This document shows, in pieces, positions 35,540 to 47,095 of a stretch of 64,000 nt of DNA. The notes beneath the pieces were generated by a model. The model was given only the letters and a program-made list of their open reading frames with translations. It ran no database searches and was not told where the DNA came from. The position numbers were made by a program, and so were the translations under genes. Source of the DNA: Azolla caroliniana (Eukaryota > Plantae > Polypodiophyta); the NCBI GenBank assembly GCA_043228905.1, contig JBHGNT010000014.1, positions 13,020,001-13,084,000 of the forward strand, read 5' to 3'. Numbering within the stretch: position 1 is the first letter of the stretch; the number at the start of each line of letters is the position of its first letter.

Positions 35540-36595
35540 TTGATGTTCAGGATATTGTTTTGTGAGACTATTAGTTACTTTGTGAGTGTGAATATGTTGG
35601 TGTTTTCTGATGTTGCAAAGTCTAAAGGGTTTGATTCTATTGCTCGTAAGGCCAATGGCAGTGTGGATACTGTTGATGTTGCGGCATGTTTAAAGGGCCC
35701 CATCTTGAAAGTAGATGTAGCAACTGACACAAGTGATCTGGTCACACAAGTTGATCAAGCATGTAGCACGGATGACTTGGTGTTGCAGGTAGATGCAGCA
35801 TGTGATACCAGTGGACTGATATCGAGCAGAACAGTAGCTACATGCACTGAGGTAATCCAAGGATTGATAACTAAGTCGACAAAACAAGAGCACCAGAATG
35901 TGAAGCTAGGCCCAACACAGTCGACTAGGGGTTTAAAGAGGAAAAGGACACCAGTTGTGTCAGCCGAACCTGAGCTGATTGAGATTGATCGTATCCTACC
36001 AGAAAATGGTGTAACAGCGGCTCAGTTTCAGGAATGGAAACCTAAACCACTAGAAGTCGAAAGAAGAGCCTTGATCTTGGAGCTGGATAAAGTCTTGATG
36101 AGTGTGAGATATATGCAGCCAAGGAGGGACGCAAATCAGTTTCTAGAGTGGGCTGTGGAGTACTTTGATTTGTTTATTTGGAGTGAAAAACCAAAATCAG
36201 ATGTGTGGAAGTGTTTGGCAAGATTCTTCCCAAAATGGCGAAGTCGTTTTAAAGGTCAATGGGCACGAGAAAATTGTGAGCAGATGGAAGCTGCAAGATT
36301 CAAGAGACTTTCTGATTTTTGGGCTACTTGGCCTGAATATAATGCTGACAATACATTGATTTTGGATACAGAACATTTCCGACACTACTTCAATATTCGG
36401 AGATGCTGTCTCATTCTACCCGAGGAAATGCCTGAACAGTACCTGGTGCAAACAGTGAGCTGCCAACTAGGTGCATGGTTGTGGACTCCATACCGAGCTC
36501 AATATGCGGATAATATATGTAGACTCGTTCCACTGACTAGCAAGAGCTTAGTTGTTTATAGGAGATTTGTAGACATTTCCAATGGTAATTTATAA
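35540..36595 (+). CDS. Cargo gene 2, FCP1/NIF-like HAD-fold (CTD phosphatase-like) domain protein, probably catalytically altered
   Basis: ALILELDKVL (motif I DxD with first D to E), PRRDANQFLEWAVEYFDLFIWS, KRLSDFW..EYNADNTLILD; NLS-like LKRKR; start codon uncertain. Confidence 0.65.
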   Translation: MMFRILFCETISYFVSVNMLVFSDVAKSKGFDSIARKANGSVDTVDVAACLKGPILKVDVATDTSDLVTQVDQACSTDDLVLQVDAACDTSGLISSRTVATCTEVIQGLITKSTKQEHQNVKLGPTQSTRGLKRKRTPVVSAEPELIEIDRILPENGVTAAQFQEWKPKPLEVERRALILELDKVLMSVRYMQPRRDANQFLEWAVEYFDLFIWSEKPKSDVWKCLARFFPKWRSRFKGQWARENCEQMEAARFKRLSDFWATWPEYNADNTLILDTEHFRHYFNIRRCCLILPEEMPEQYLVQTVSCQLGAWLWTPYRAQYADNICRLVPLTSKSLVVYRRFVDISNGNL

Positions 36596-36720
36596 ATATG
36601 TAAAGAGATGACATTATTCAATGAAGAATTTAATTACTTGTTCCCACTGTACTTATCTACTGTGTAATTTGAGGAATATGTTGCAGATTGTTGATTTCAT
36701 TCTATTGATGACTATTTAGC

Positions 36721-37230
36721 TATTGACAGCTAATTAGCTGCATTTGTACAGCTAATTAGCTACTGATGACTATTTCGCTATAACTTATAACTTAAAACTT
36801 AACAAAAAAGACATGATTTTATTGAGAAAGAAGCACAGAAAGCAGACTGTATACAAGAAATTGATTCCAAACGAATTTATTGATCTGTTTTCGCGAAATA
36901 CATGTTTGTTTTACAAGAGAACATGGTAAGTGCTACTTGTAGCTACAAATTCCATGGCATACTATTGTAAATACATTTGTACAGCTAATTAGCTGCATTT
37001 GTACAACTAATTAGCTACTGATGACTATTTCGCTATAACTTATAACTTAAAACTTAACAAAAAAGACATGATTTTATTGAGAAAGAAGCACAGAAAGCAG
37101 ACTGTATACAAGAAATTGATTCCAAACGAATTTGTTGATCTGTTTTCGCGAAATACATGTTTGTTTTACAAGAGAACATGGTAAGTGCTACTTGTAGCTA
37201 CAAATTCCATGGCATACTATTGTAAATACA
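36721..37230. repeat. 255-bp tandem duplication covering the transposase stop codon and 3' UTR
   Basis: Blocks starting TACTGATGACTATTTCGC at 36761 and 37016 are near identical, each ending CTACAAATTCCATGGCATACTATTGTAAATACA. Confidence 0.9.
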
Positions 37231-40200
37231 TTCATACACATTAGCACCAACAGTGTATAAACCGGAGCAGCTATTGTATTCTGACATTGGGACGTTGATG
37301 CATCTGACCAAATGAGAGTACATATACGCCGCTGGTTTGTCTTCTAACAGCCTGTACACATATTCGTAGTCATCTAGTTTTGCATAAAAAATGCCTTCGA
37401 TGTAGAATGTCCCGGCAGATACAAAATTTCCCCATGCATCTACAATATTCTGCCTTGCACACTGTTTACTAACCGTGCACTTTAATATATAGAAATCAGC
37501 ACCCTCTGAATTGCCTTCTTCAGCATTTACAGCGAAGTTATCCCCAACGTTCAGGACATCACTCAAAGTATCTCCAAGTCCCTCATATGTGAAGTCAGCA
37601 TTCTGCCCTGTTTCTCCATCAACTGCTTCCTTATCATTCAGAGTGTGATACTCCCAATTCTGAATGTATGCTTTGTTTAGACAATATCTCCAATTTCCCT
37701 GCACACAATGGAAGCAAAAACAAGTCAATTCTCTAACCGCAATACAATGACCATCCAACCTGGAATAACCGCGAACAGCATGCAGAGATCGCAATTCGGG
37801 AATTCCTTGGCACTCCCAGGTCTTCTCCCTATTTACTTCATCTATCGTCACTTCCCAAAATTCAAGTTTGATATCTCGAACTTGCGAGGAATAAACACCT
37901 GTGGCACTCGTCGACATATTTGTTCTTAAAAATTCAACTACATGTGATGCACAATTCATGTGCACACCATCTGTCTTTCGTTGGTCATGGGTAAGTGCCC
38001 GCTTTATAACAGCCCCTGCACCATCATGTTCACCTTTACCATGGCCAGACCCAAAAAAATTCCATCTCATCTCCAAACCTGTTATAGCAGGATACCTCCC
38101 CACAAAATAAAATGGACGTCGAGCCTTGAATTGTGACGCAGCTCCGTCAGACCAGACCCAATGTTGAGTAAGCTCCAAACGTTGAGCTAATAACCACTGC
38201 CAATGTAACTTAAAACAGTGTTGGACGAACAAGGTATCATGCTTCTTATCATCGGAAATAAAGAAATGAATTACTTTTTTAACATCACCTGAAACTCGAA
38301 AATATGTTATGTGCACAAAAATGGTTACCTGAACTGAACACCAATGCATAGATTGAATTTCATTCTGCTGCTTGAAAGTATAATTCTCTGCGAAATCTAC
38401 TACTGAGACTACTACATCATTTGGGAAATCAGATATGCAAGTCTTAAACTGATGGGCCTGCCATGAATAAATGAAGTTGTGTTTAATGAACTTTCCTAGA
38501 GATACTACAAACAGAGACACCAAATCCCTTGGTTTAAGCATCTTCCGAACTAGATCCTTTCTTTTACACACCTTTCCTTCGAAATTGGTGTTCACTGACT
38601 CAAATAACTTCACAGAGATCAATATTTCACTACTCAATTCATTTGGACACCACCTAAATCTAGTAGGGCCACAATCTTGACATAAACCCATGACACATTT
38701 ATGAATATGGAAGATAGCGTCAGATTCTCTCGGACACAATATTGAATCTAATAAATAACTCATGGAAGAGATAACGTGCTCAGATGATTTACACTCCTCT
38801 TGCGGGCTTGATCGACAGATTGGGCACCCACATGTGCAAACTGTATTAGTTAGGGATGCGCTATGGTGACGTAGTAGATTAACAGAGTCCTTCAGAAAAC
38901 CCATCTGTACATGGTAAATGCAACAACATGTGTATCGATCCTTTAAGCGTCTCACAAAGTGTGGCTTAAGAGACTCGAATGTTCGTAGTTGAACTTTGAT
39001 AGTTGGATGCATTCGTTTGAACCTAATAAATAAATCGACCTGCGTAATAAAGGGGAATTAGTTATTCTCGTAACTAGCTAACTATCCTAGTAGCTAATTA
39101 GCTATTCTAGTAGCTAGTTAGCTATTCTAGTAGCTAGTTAGCTATTCTAGTAGCTAATTAGCTATCATGATAGCTAATTAGCTGTCCTAGTAGCTAATTG
39201 GTTGTCCTAGTAGCTAATTAGCTATCATGGTAGCTAATTAGCTGTCGTAGTAGCTAATTAGCTATCATGGTAGCTAATTAGCTATTCTAGTAGCTAATTA
39301 GCTATTCTAGTAGCTAATTAGCTATCATGGTAGCTAATTAGCTGTCGTAGTAGCTAATTAGCTATCATGGTAGCTAATTAGCTGTCCTAGTAGCTAATTA
39401 GTTGTCCTAGTAGCTAATTAACTATCATGGTAGCTAATTAGCTGCTCTAGTAGCTAATTAGCTATCATGGTGGCTAATTAGCTTTCCTAGTAACTAATTA
39501 GCTATCATGGTAGCTAATTAGCTTGTCTAGTAGCTAATTAGCTATCATGGTGGCTAATTAGCTTTCCTAGTAACTAATTAGCTATCATGGTAGCTAATTA
39601 GCTGGTCTAGTAGCTAATTAGCTATCGTGGTAGCTAATTAGCTGGTCTAGTAGCTAATTAGCTATAATGGTGGCTGATTAGCTTTCCTAGTAACTAATTA
39701 GCTATCATGGTAGCTAATTAGCTGGTATAGTAGCTAATTAGCTATCATGGTAGCTAATTAGCTATCACGGTGGCTAATTAGCTGTCCTAGTAACTAATTA
39801 GCTATCATGGTAGCTAATTAGCTGGTCTAGTAGCTAATTAGCTATAATGGTGGCTAATTAGCTATCCTAACTAATTAGCTATCATGGTAGTAGCTATTGA
39901 GAGTAGCCAGTTACCTATGTAGTAGCTATCATAGTAGCTAATTAGCTATCATGGTAGCTAATTAGCTTTCCTAGTAGCTAATTAGCTGGTAATAACGAAA
40001 TAGCTAACTAGCTACCATGATAGCTAACTAGCTAGCAGTACAGCTAATTATCTGGTAGTACCTAAATTAGCTATTGAGAATAGCTAATTAGCTATCATGG
40101 TAGTAACTATTGAGAGTAGCTAGTTACCTATGTAGTAGCGATCCTAGTAGCTAACTGAGGTAAATGTAATTGATAAGCTAATTAGCTTTTCTGCTAACTG

Positions 40201-40996
40201 AGCTAATTAACTTTCCGAGTAGAGTCAAAACAAATGTTGAGATAAATGTAAATACCTGAGGTACATCAAGAAGATGAATGGGATGCTCCTCGTATTGATT
40301 TCTTCCAACACGTTTCCTGCATAAATCCTTTTTATTGGGTGAAACCCTACTCTCATTAGTCCAAAACATTGTGATTACATCCTTGATTTCAAATGTTATG
40401 GGTGTCATTGGCTTACATCTTGTAGTTAGCTTTAGTAGACTAGTTCCTTCACCCGAGGAAATTATACGGTTCATTGTATTGTACACTGTTTTTCTACTAA
40501 CACCAATTACCTTAGATAGCTCACTGATGTTTATATCGTCAACATCACTATTAAGTAACATCATTAGACTAGACCTTTTTAAGACAAGATCATCTTCTGA
40601 CCTGCTCATGGATAAGAAACTATTACGAAGATTATTTACTAAAATAGATGATATGTTTGCATTAAGACCATCACAATCAACTAAGTCCTTTATCGATGGA
40701 TCATTACATATTCCATAAAGTACTACCTTCTTTTCTTCATTGCTGATGTGCTTGGTTTGAACATTGAAATAGTCTACAACCTTTCTCTCTATGATGGTAG
40801 TCACATTACTTACATTCTCAGCTAAACTATCCTTACCTTTACTGAGTGTGGCTTTCGTATCCTTCAACAATTGACGATGTTTCCTTTTTTTTTCTGCCCA
40901 ATAGTTTCGTATGGCTTGTTGTGTCCTGATAACATCATCCCTATCCTTATGACATTGAGGGGTAATTCTAAACACCCTTCTTCCCCTTCCATTTGG
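37198..40996 (-). CDS. Sola2-like DDD transposase, ~860 aa; exons 40256-~40996 and 37198-39039, possible further 5' exon
   Basis: Intron 39040-40255 (GT..AG, phase 0) joins LLDVPQ|VDLFIRFKRMHP; motifs CCCIYH, VDFAENY, QNEIQSMHW, SDDKKHD, WSDGAASQFK, FFGSGHGKGEHDGAG, CFCFHC. Confidence 0.85.
39073..40210. repeat. 20-bp tandem array of TAGCTAATTAGCTA units (transposase intron)
   Basis: Unit TAGCTAATTAGCTATCATGG/TTCTAG variants, 40 or more copies. Confidence 0.95.
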
Positions 40997-41340
40997 CTAG
41001 ACATGTTAAAACCCTAAATTTCCAGAAAAAAAACAAGTATTAAAGATGGCTATGGGCAACAACAATACACAAAAATATTCCACACAATACACAAGATTAG
41101 ACACAACAATACACAAGATAATCAATAGACAGAAAAGTTATTGCAATCCAAGACCGAACAGTAGAGGATTTCACTCTGTTGGATCCAACAGTTGAGGAGG
41201 CGATCCAAGACCGACCAATGGCAACAACTGAGTGTAGAATGTTGCCGTTGGATGAGTGAACTCCGTCAAATCGAAATGTGGAAGCAATCCGGGACTGGAC
41301 AGTAGTGGCAACTGAGTATAGAATGATGGAAATGGAGGAG

Positions 41341-42072
41341 AGAACCCCGTCAGATTGAACAGTTACCGATGATGCTTGAAACGCACATAGAAGGCACTTG
41401 AGAATAGAGTGGCATAGAGAAGAGAACCCCGTCAGATTGAACAGTTACCAATGATGCTTGAAACGCACAGTAGCGGCCCCTGAGTGAGAGTGGAAAAGAG
41501 AAGAGAACCCCGTCAGATTGAACAGTTACCAATGATGCTTGAAACGCACAGTAGCGGCCCCTGAGTGAGAGTGGAAAAGAGAAGAGAACCCCGTCAGATT
41601 GAATAGCTCTTTGATTATGCTTGGAACGCACAGTAGCAACCCCTAAGTGTAGAGTGGCAAAGAGAAGAGAACCCCGTCAGATTGAACAGCTCTTTGATGA
41701 TGCTTGGAACGCACAGCAGCGGCCCCTGAGTGTAGAGTGGCACAGAGAAGAGAACCCCCTCAGATTGAACAGCTCTTTGATGATGCTTGGAACGCACAGT
41801 AATGGCCCCTGAGTGTAGAGTGGCACAGAGAAGAGAACCCCCTCAGATTGAACAGCTCTTTGATGATGCTTGGAACGCACAGTAATGGCCCCTGAGTGTA
41901 GAGTGGCACAGAGAAGAGAACCCCGTCAGATTGAACAGCTCTTTGATGATGCTTGGAATGCACAGTAGTGGCCCCTGAGTGTAGAGTGTCACAGAGAAGA
42001 GAACCCCGTCAGATTGAGCAGCTCTTTGATGATGCTTGGAACGCACAGTAGCGGCCCCTCAATGTAGAGTGG
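41341..42072. repeat. ~83-bp minisatellite, ~9 copies, upstream of the transposase
   Basis: AGAACCCCGTCAGATTGAACAG...GAGTGTAGAGTGGCACAGAGAAG repeated head to tail; decayed copies at 41230-41340. Confidence 0.95.
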
Positions 42073-43859
42073 CGGCAAGTGGACTCGATAGGGTTTAGCA
42101 ACAGTGGTAGCAACTAACCCACAGTACTCAACTAGAGATGGCCTACGTGATGTGGCAAAGGATCATGCATAATGGACCTAGGAATTCGATATATAATTTA
42201 TGGTACACATTTATGGTGCACACATCAATTTATGTTGCACATTTATGGCACTCATTTACATATGTAATTAAAACACTCTAGTATTTTCAATGGTAGTTTT
42301 TTGCATACTTAATTTATTAATGATGGCTTTTTACTAAAATGACTATTTATCAATGGTAGCTTTTTGCATAGCTAATTAGCTATGTCAAGGACATAGCTAA
42401 TTGTTTCCACTCGCATGCTTTCACCCTATGGCATGGCTGACTCTGCCATATGTCTCAATGCGGACTTGATGGGTTGATGGCAGTTGGCAACATTCCAAAA
42501 CTCCAAGCGAAGACAGACTTCTGCGAGCATTGTCGCTATGGGAAACAAACCCGAAGTTTGCACTCTCTCCATTACGAAATGGTATGACAACCTTTGGGCC
42601 TCGTGCACATAGATATATGTGGGCCCATTCTTGGAAGATAGCTAGGTGGCTCCCGTTACTTCATAACATTTGTAGATGATTGTATGCAGAAAGTCTGGGC
42701 CTATTCGATTAGGTCTAAAGACGAAGTGCTCGAGGTCCTTACTCGATGTATAACGGAACTGGAGAACCGGTAAGGATATAGAGTGAAGACACTCTGATTC
42801 GATAATGGAGGAGAATACACGTCCTAAGCCTTCAAACCGTACCTCTCCGACAAAGGGATCCGGCATCAGAAGACCGTTCCATACACACCCATGTAGAATG
42901 GAATGGTTGAACGGATCAATAGAACAATCCAAGAGAGAGTGACGACAATGCTCCAACATGCCAGACAGAAGCTCCAGTTCTAGGGAGTATATTTGATCAA
43001 CCTGTTGTCGTTGAAAACAATTAGGCTCGAAGTGCCATAGGCACTATGGTCAGGCAAACAACCAACCTACGATAGACATCGTATATTTGGATGCAAAACC
43101 TATGCATTCATCCCTAGGGAGAAAAGGAAAAAGTTGGCACCCCATGCAACAAAATGCATATTTCTCGGTTATGGGACCGATGGGGAATTCAACTACAAGC
43201 TATGGGATCTAGAGAATCGGAAATTGATCTAGAGTAGTGATGTGGTCTTCAATGAAGACTCTATTCTCTCTGCAAGGAAGCAATAGAAAATAGCTAGTAA
43301 GAAGCTCTCCTTCGAAGTCGATAGAGACATCATAGAAAGACCAACCCACTAGGCCAAAACAGAGACTTGACAAATAGTTGAACTTGACCAAGCCGACAAC
43401 ATACCCCCTGAATCTGAATTTGTAGGAGGCCCACTAGTCAAACTCAGAGACAAAGCCATGAAAATAGGCAAAGTCTATAAGGTGTGAGCTAGAAACAACA
43501 GAGTCGACCCGACTAACGGACCCAAGACCAAAGGGAAAACTGAGTCAGCTAATTCTTCAACCTCTCAGTCAACTAATCTCGAAGAAGGGGACGATTCCAT
43601 GACATCACCAAAATCCTACTATAGGGATGAGTCATCTAACAGGACTCCTGAAGACGGTTCAAACAACACCGATCGGCCAGTCAAGCCAATTGAAGAGTTA
43701 GAACCAACAATATCAGCATCTAGGAGATCCGGATGATTTCCAAGGCCGACAGAGTTCTATCAATTGGGCCTGGACTACATTGAAGTTGAAAGAGTCACCA
43801 CATTTGGTTACAAGTATTCGTGTCACATGATCGTGGAACTCATATTGGAAGAAGGTTCA

Positions 43860-44150
43860 AAAATTATGTAAGAGGTTTAATGATTGAAAATACGTCAAAC
43901 CTAAGATAAGAGAATGGGTGCTAACAGATACCCATGCTTGAGATATCAAAATGATTCATGAACAAGCTCGACAACCACGAAGAGGAGAAATTTCATTAAC
44001 ACAAAGTACGCTTCAAATTTGATGTAAGAGGTTCACTAATGAAAGAAACATCAAATTTGAGATAGGATGATTGGTGCTAACAGATATCCAGATATGAGAT
44101 ATCAAGATGATTAATGAGCAAGGTCGACAACCATGAAGAGGAGAAATGTC
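43860..44150. repeat. Two diverged ~156-bp tandem units
   Basis: ATGTAAGAGGTT...GGTGCTAACAGATA...GACAACCA.GAAGAGGAGAAAT twice. Confidence 0.7.
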
Positions 44151-44374
44151 AGGATAGAGGACTACACTTTATGAACGATGGGGAAAACGATTAACGTTGA
44201 GTTAGGCATGCGAGGAATATCTAAGATGGATTTTGGCTCAGTGGGATAGCGGAAGATGAGCAGCGATGAGGAAGAGGAAGATGAGCAACATTGAGGAGGA
44301 AGCACCAAAATTAAACGTAAGGGGAAAATATTCCCCAAAATCACAAGATCTTCTCACAACCGTTTCCTTGTACT

Positions 44375-44635
44375 ATCCCCACCCCACTCCCACACAAATG
44401 GAAATCGATGCAACAAGTCATCATGGACTATTGTTAGAAGAGGAAAAACAACGACATTGACCAAACCACCTATGTTTATGTTGTGGTGGCCCAATGCATA
44501 TTGTAGTAAATTGTCCCCACAGGCCGAGATGTTAGATAAACCAAGTTGCTACTATTGGTAAACTTGAGTGTATTTCATTGGGAGTACCTAACAATCTTAG
44601 TGGTTCAAGTTTATCAAATAAAGTTGAGGTTCATC
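44375..44635 (+). pseudogene. gag: Chromovirus gag C-terminal fragment (A/B-like)
   Basis: PTPTQMEIDAT..LLEEEKQRH*..LCLCCGGPMHIVVNCPHRP. Confidence 0.8.
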
Positions 44636-45506
44636 AAGTAACTATATTAGAGGTTCTCCACAACTATATAAGAGAGCCAATATCATTTAGAAACATTCGA
44701 GGCTTGAAAAATAGTAGAATCAAGGTGAGGTGTCTCAGTGGACTTTAGGTTGCATATATTGAATAAAACTTGAAAGCAGATATATTGGAAAGTAAACATA
44801 AAATATACTTTAAAAAAGTTTTACTTGGATTTGATCTATAAACCTATTATAACCGGATGACCAAATCCACATTTTAGTAAAGTTACTTTTGTCAAATAAG
44901 AAGACAAGTTTTACGCATGCGTGCGCTCTTTGGAGACACTAATACACTTCTTCTTCTTCTTCTTCTTCTAAACCTTTGGGAATCAAATTATGGCCAACAC
45001 ACATAATTGCAACATTAGCTTGACATAAAACAGGTATCTAGAGTCATTATCAAACAAAAAAGAAAACCTCTGGACACACAATGTCAAACGATGCCGGCTT
45101 GTTTATTGCGTCATCAGGAGCATGGATTAATACTAGAAATTCAGCTCCTTACAGAAATTGGATTAATTAATTATTAGACATTTGATGCGCCACATGGTGA
45201 ATGTAAAACCATCCAAAGAGTGACAAAGACTAGACTAGGATTGTTCATGTGAAGACTAATTATGTTTTCTATTTGGGGACTATCATGACCGAGCAATCCA
45301 CATACGCGCACACGCAATTATAAATATAAATATATCGGTATGGTAACGTGGGTATAAAAAGGCATTCATGCCAAGTGAAGCAGCAGAAGCAAGAGTAACC
45401 AAAACTATGGAGAAAAATATTTGTTTGGTCTTAGTGACTTATCTATCTATATCCTAGCATACTTTCCGTTTCAATTCGTATTTCATAGTCCTAAATTCTA
45501 ATTATT

Positions 45507-45628
45507 ATGGCCATGAATGCGTTGATCCCCATCTTGGGTTTGTCAATCAATATAATGATGGCAGTTATGATGACAATGGTTAATGGAGCAGATCCGGATC
45601 CGTTGCTGGACATCCCCACGACCGCACC
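45507..45628 (+). pseudogene. Possible germin-like protein 5' end (signal peptide plus ADPDPLLD) truncated by a copia LTR
   Basis: Hydrophobic N-terminus followed by DPDPL motif typical of germin-like proteins; TATA-like boxes at 45318 and 45353; the rest of the gene is not seen. Confidence 0.5.
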
Positions 45629-47095
45629 TGAGAAGGTTTTGTTGAGAAGAGATGAAAAGAGAAGAGGCAAGAGAGAGAGAGACAGAGAGAGAGAGAGAAG
45701 GAGAAAGTAAAGTAATGTAAATCTGTATTGAAATCGTCCTATTACAACTATAGGTCTTAGAGACCTATTTATAGCCATATAAGGCAGTTAGAAACCTTTC
45801 TTGGTGTTATCACCGGGAGGGCAGTTATATTATATTTATTATTATTAATATTATTTAACTTATATTCTAATACACCCCCCTAAGTTAGATAATATTAACT
45901 AAGTAGCTTTTAATCCTAGTTTATTACAACTTTCGTAATGTTTTGATTTTTGTGTGGACTTCGTTAAGAAGTCTGCCCATTGTTGTTCGGTGTGCACATG
46001 ACTTATTTGAATATTGCCTTCATGTAGTAGTTCCCTCGTAAATTGTAGCGTCATGGCAATGTGCTTTGTTAGCTCGGAATGTTTGAGATTTTTTGCGAGC
46101 ATGATGACTGACATGTTATCACATTGAAGGAGAAGTGGATGATCGGGGAATAGAGTTGTTTCCTTCAAGAAGTCTTTTAGCCAAATTCCTTCTTTAAGTG
46201 CCAATGTCATTGCTACATATTCTGCTTCCGTTGATGAGAGTGTGACTCTTTGTTGCCTTTTGCTCTGCCATGAAATGGCACCATTTGATAGCAGGTAGAC
46301 GTAGCCTGATGTCGATTGTAATGTGTCTTCATCACCCCCCCAATCGGCATCCGAGTAGCAAGTTAGGTATGGTGTCGGTAATGGTTGACATGCCGAGTAG
46401 GTGATGCCGAAGTCCTTAGTTTCTTGAAGGTACCTTAACAGGCGCTTCAAGTGTTGGGTGTGAATTGGACTTGGTGCCTGCATGTAACGAGATAAGAAGT
46501 TAGCCGCAAAGCAAATGTCGGGTCTTGTACATGTGACGAGGTATCTAATTCCACCAAGGATGTTGGCATATGGAAACGCCACCATATCCGATGTTTGAGT
46601 CATTGATGAGTTTGATGTTTTTGTTTTAAGGGAGATTGGTAGGGGAGTTGCGATACCTTTACATTTGGACATGTTGTACTTCTTAAGGAGTGACTCAATG
46701 TAGGATTTTTGGTTTATTTGGATGATGCCTTGGGAGGGATCTTGAATAACTTGGATACCTAGGCAATAATGGAGGGCTCCCATATCTTGCATCGAGAATG
46801 ATGCATGGAGTTCACTCTTTGCTTTACATAATGTGTTTTCAGAGTTGGATAGGATGAGGATATCATCTACATAAATGGCTAGGAGGAGTATTATATTAGG
46901 GCCATTTCGGCTATATACATTAGGGTCGGATTGAAAACGAACATATCCTAGGTTTGACATACATGAGTTAAATCTTTCATACCATTGTCGTGGGGATTGT
47001 TTTAGGCCGTATAGTGATTTGTTTAATTTACATACATAGTTTGGGTAATCTTGAGATATATAACCGGGTGGTTGCTCCATGTAGATCTCTTCATT
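45629..47095 (-). mobile_element. Truncated copia: 3' LTR 45629-45874, PPT, RT/RNase H
   Basis: ORF 45899-47080 with SLYGLKQSPRQW, IYVDDIL, YSDADWGG, TKHI; C-run at 45875-45880 is the PPT on the minus strand. Confidence 0.88.

Larger units (their letters stand above)
31712..42426 (-). mobile_element. Sola2-type TIR DNA transposon, 10.7 kb, with cargo genes
   Basis: 25-bp TIRs GGGT(A/G)AAAGCATGCGAGTGGAAACA (31712-31736, 42402-42426, one mismatch), 4-bp TSD TATG, 5'-GRG ends, DDD transposase; removal restores copia F coding sequence. Confidence 0.9.
28847..43780 (+). mobile_element. Decayed copia F (LTR 28847-29176, PBS, gag-PR-INT), host of G, H and the Sola2 element
   Basis: PBS TGGTATCAGAG 29179-29189; gag IRKFDEKNFAL, LWEKLQAVY; WLLDSGATF; PNL|WHG.LCHMS split by the DNA transposon; integrase and KCIFLGYG at ~42600-43220; 3' end lost. 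Confidence 0.85.

Noticed and set aside
41341-42072. CRISPR-like regular array
   Set aside because: Whole units repeat with no unique spacers, no cas genes, eukaryotic context; it is a minisatellite, and its 60-90 aa ORFs are artefacts.
31712-42426. CACTA, Mutator, hAT or piggyBac assignment
   Set aside because: No CACTA ends, TSD is 4 bp and not TTAA or 8-9 bp, and transposase motifs fit Sola2.
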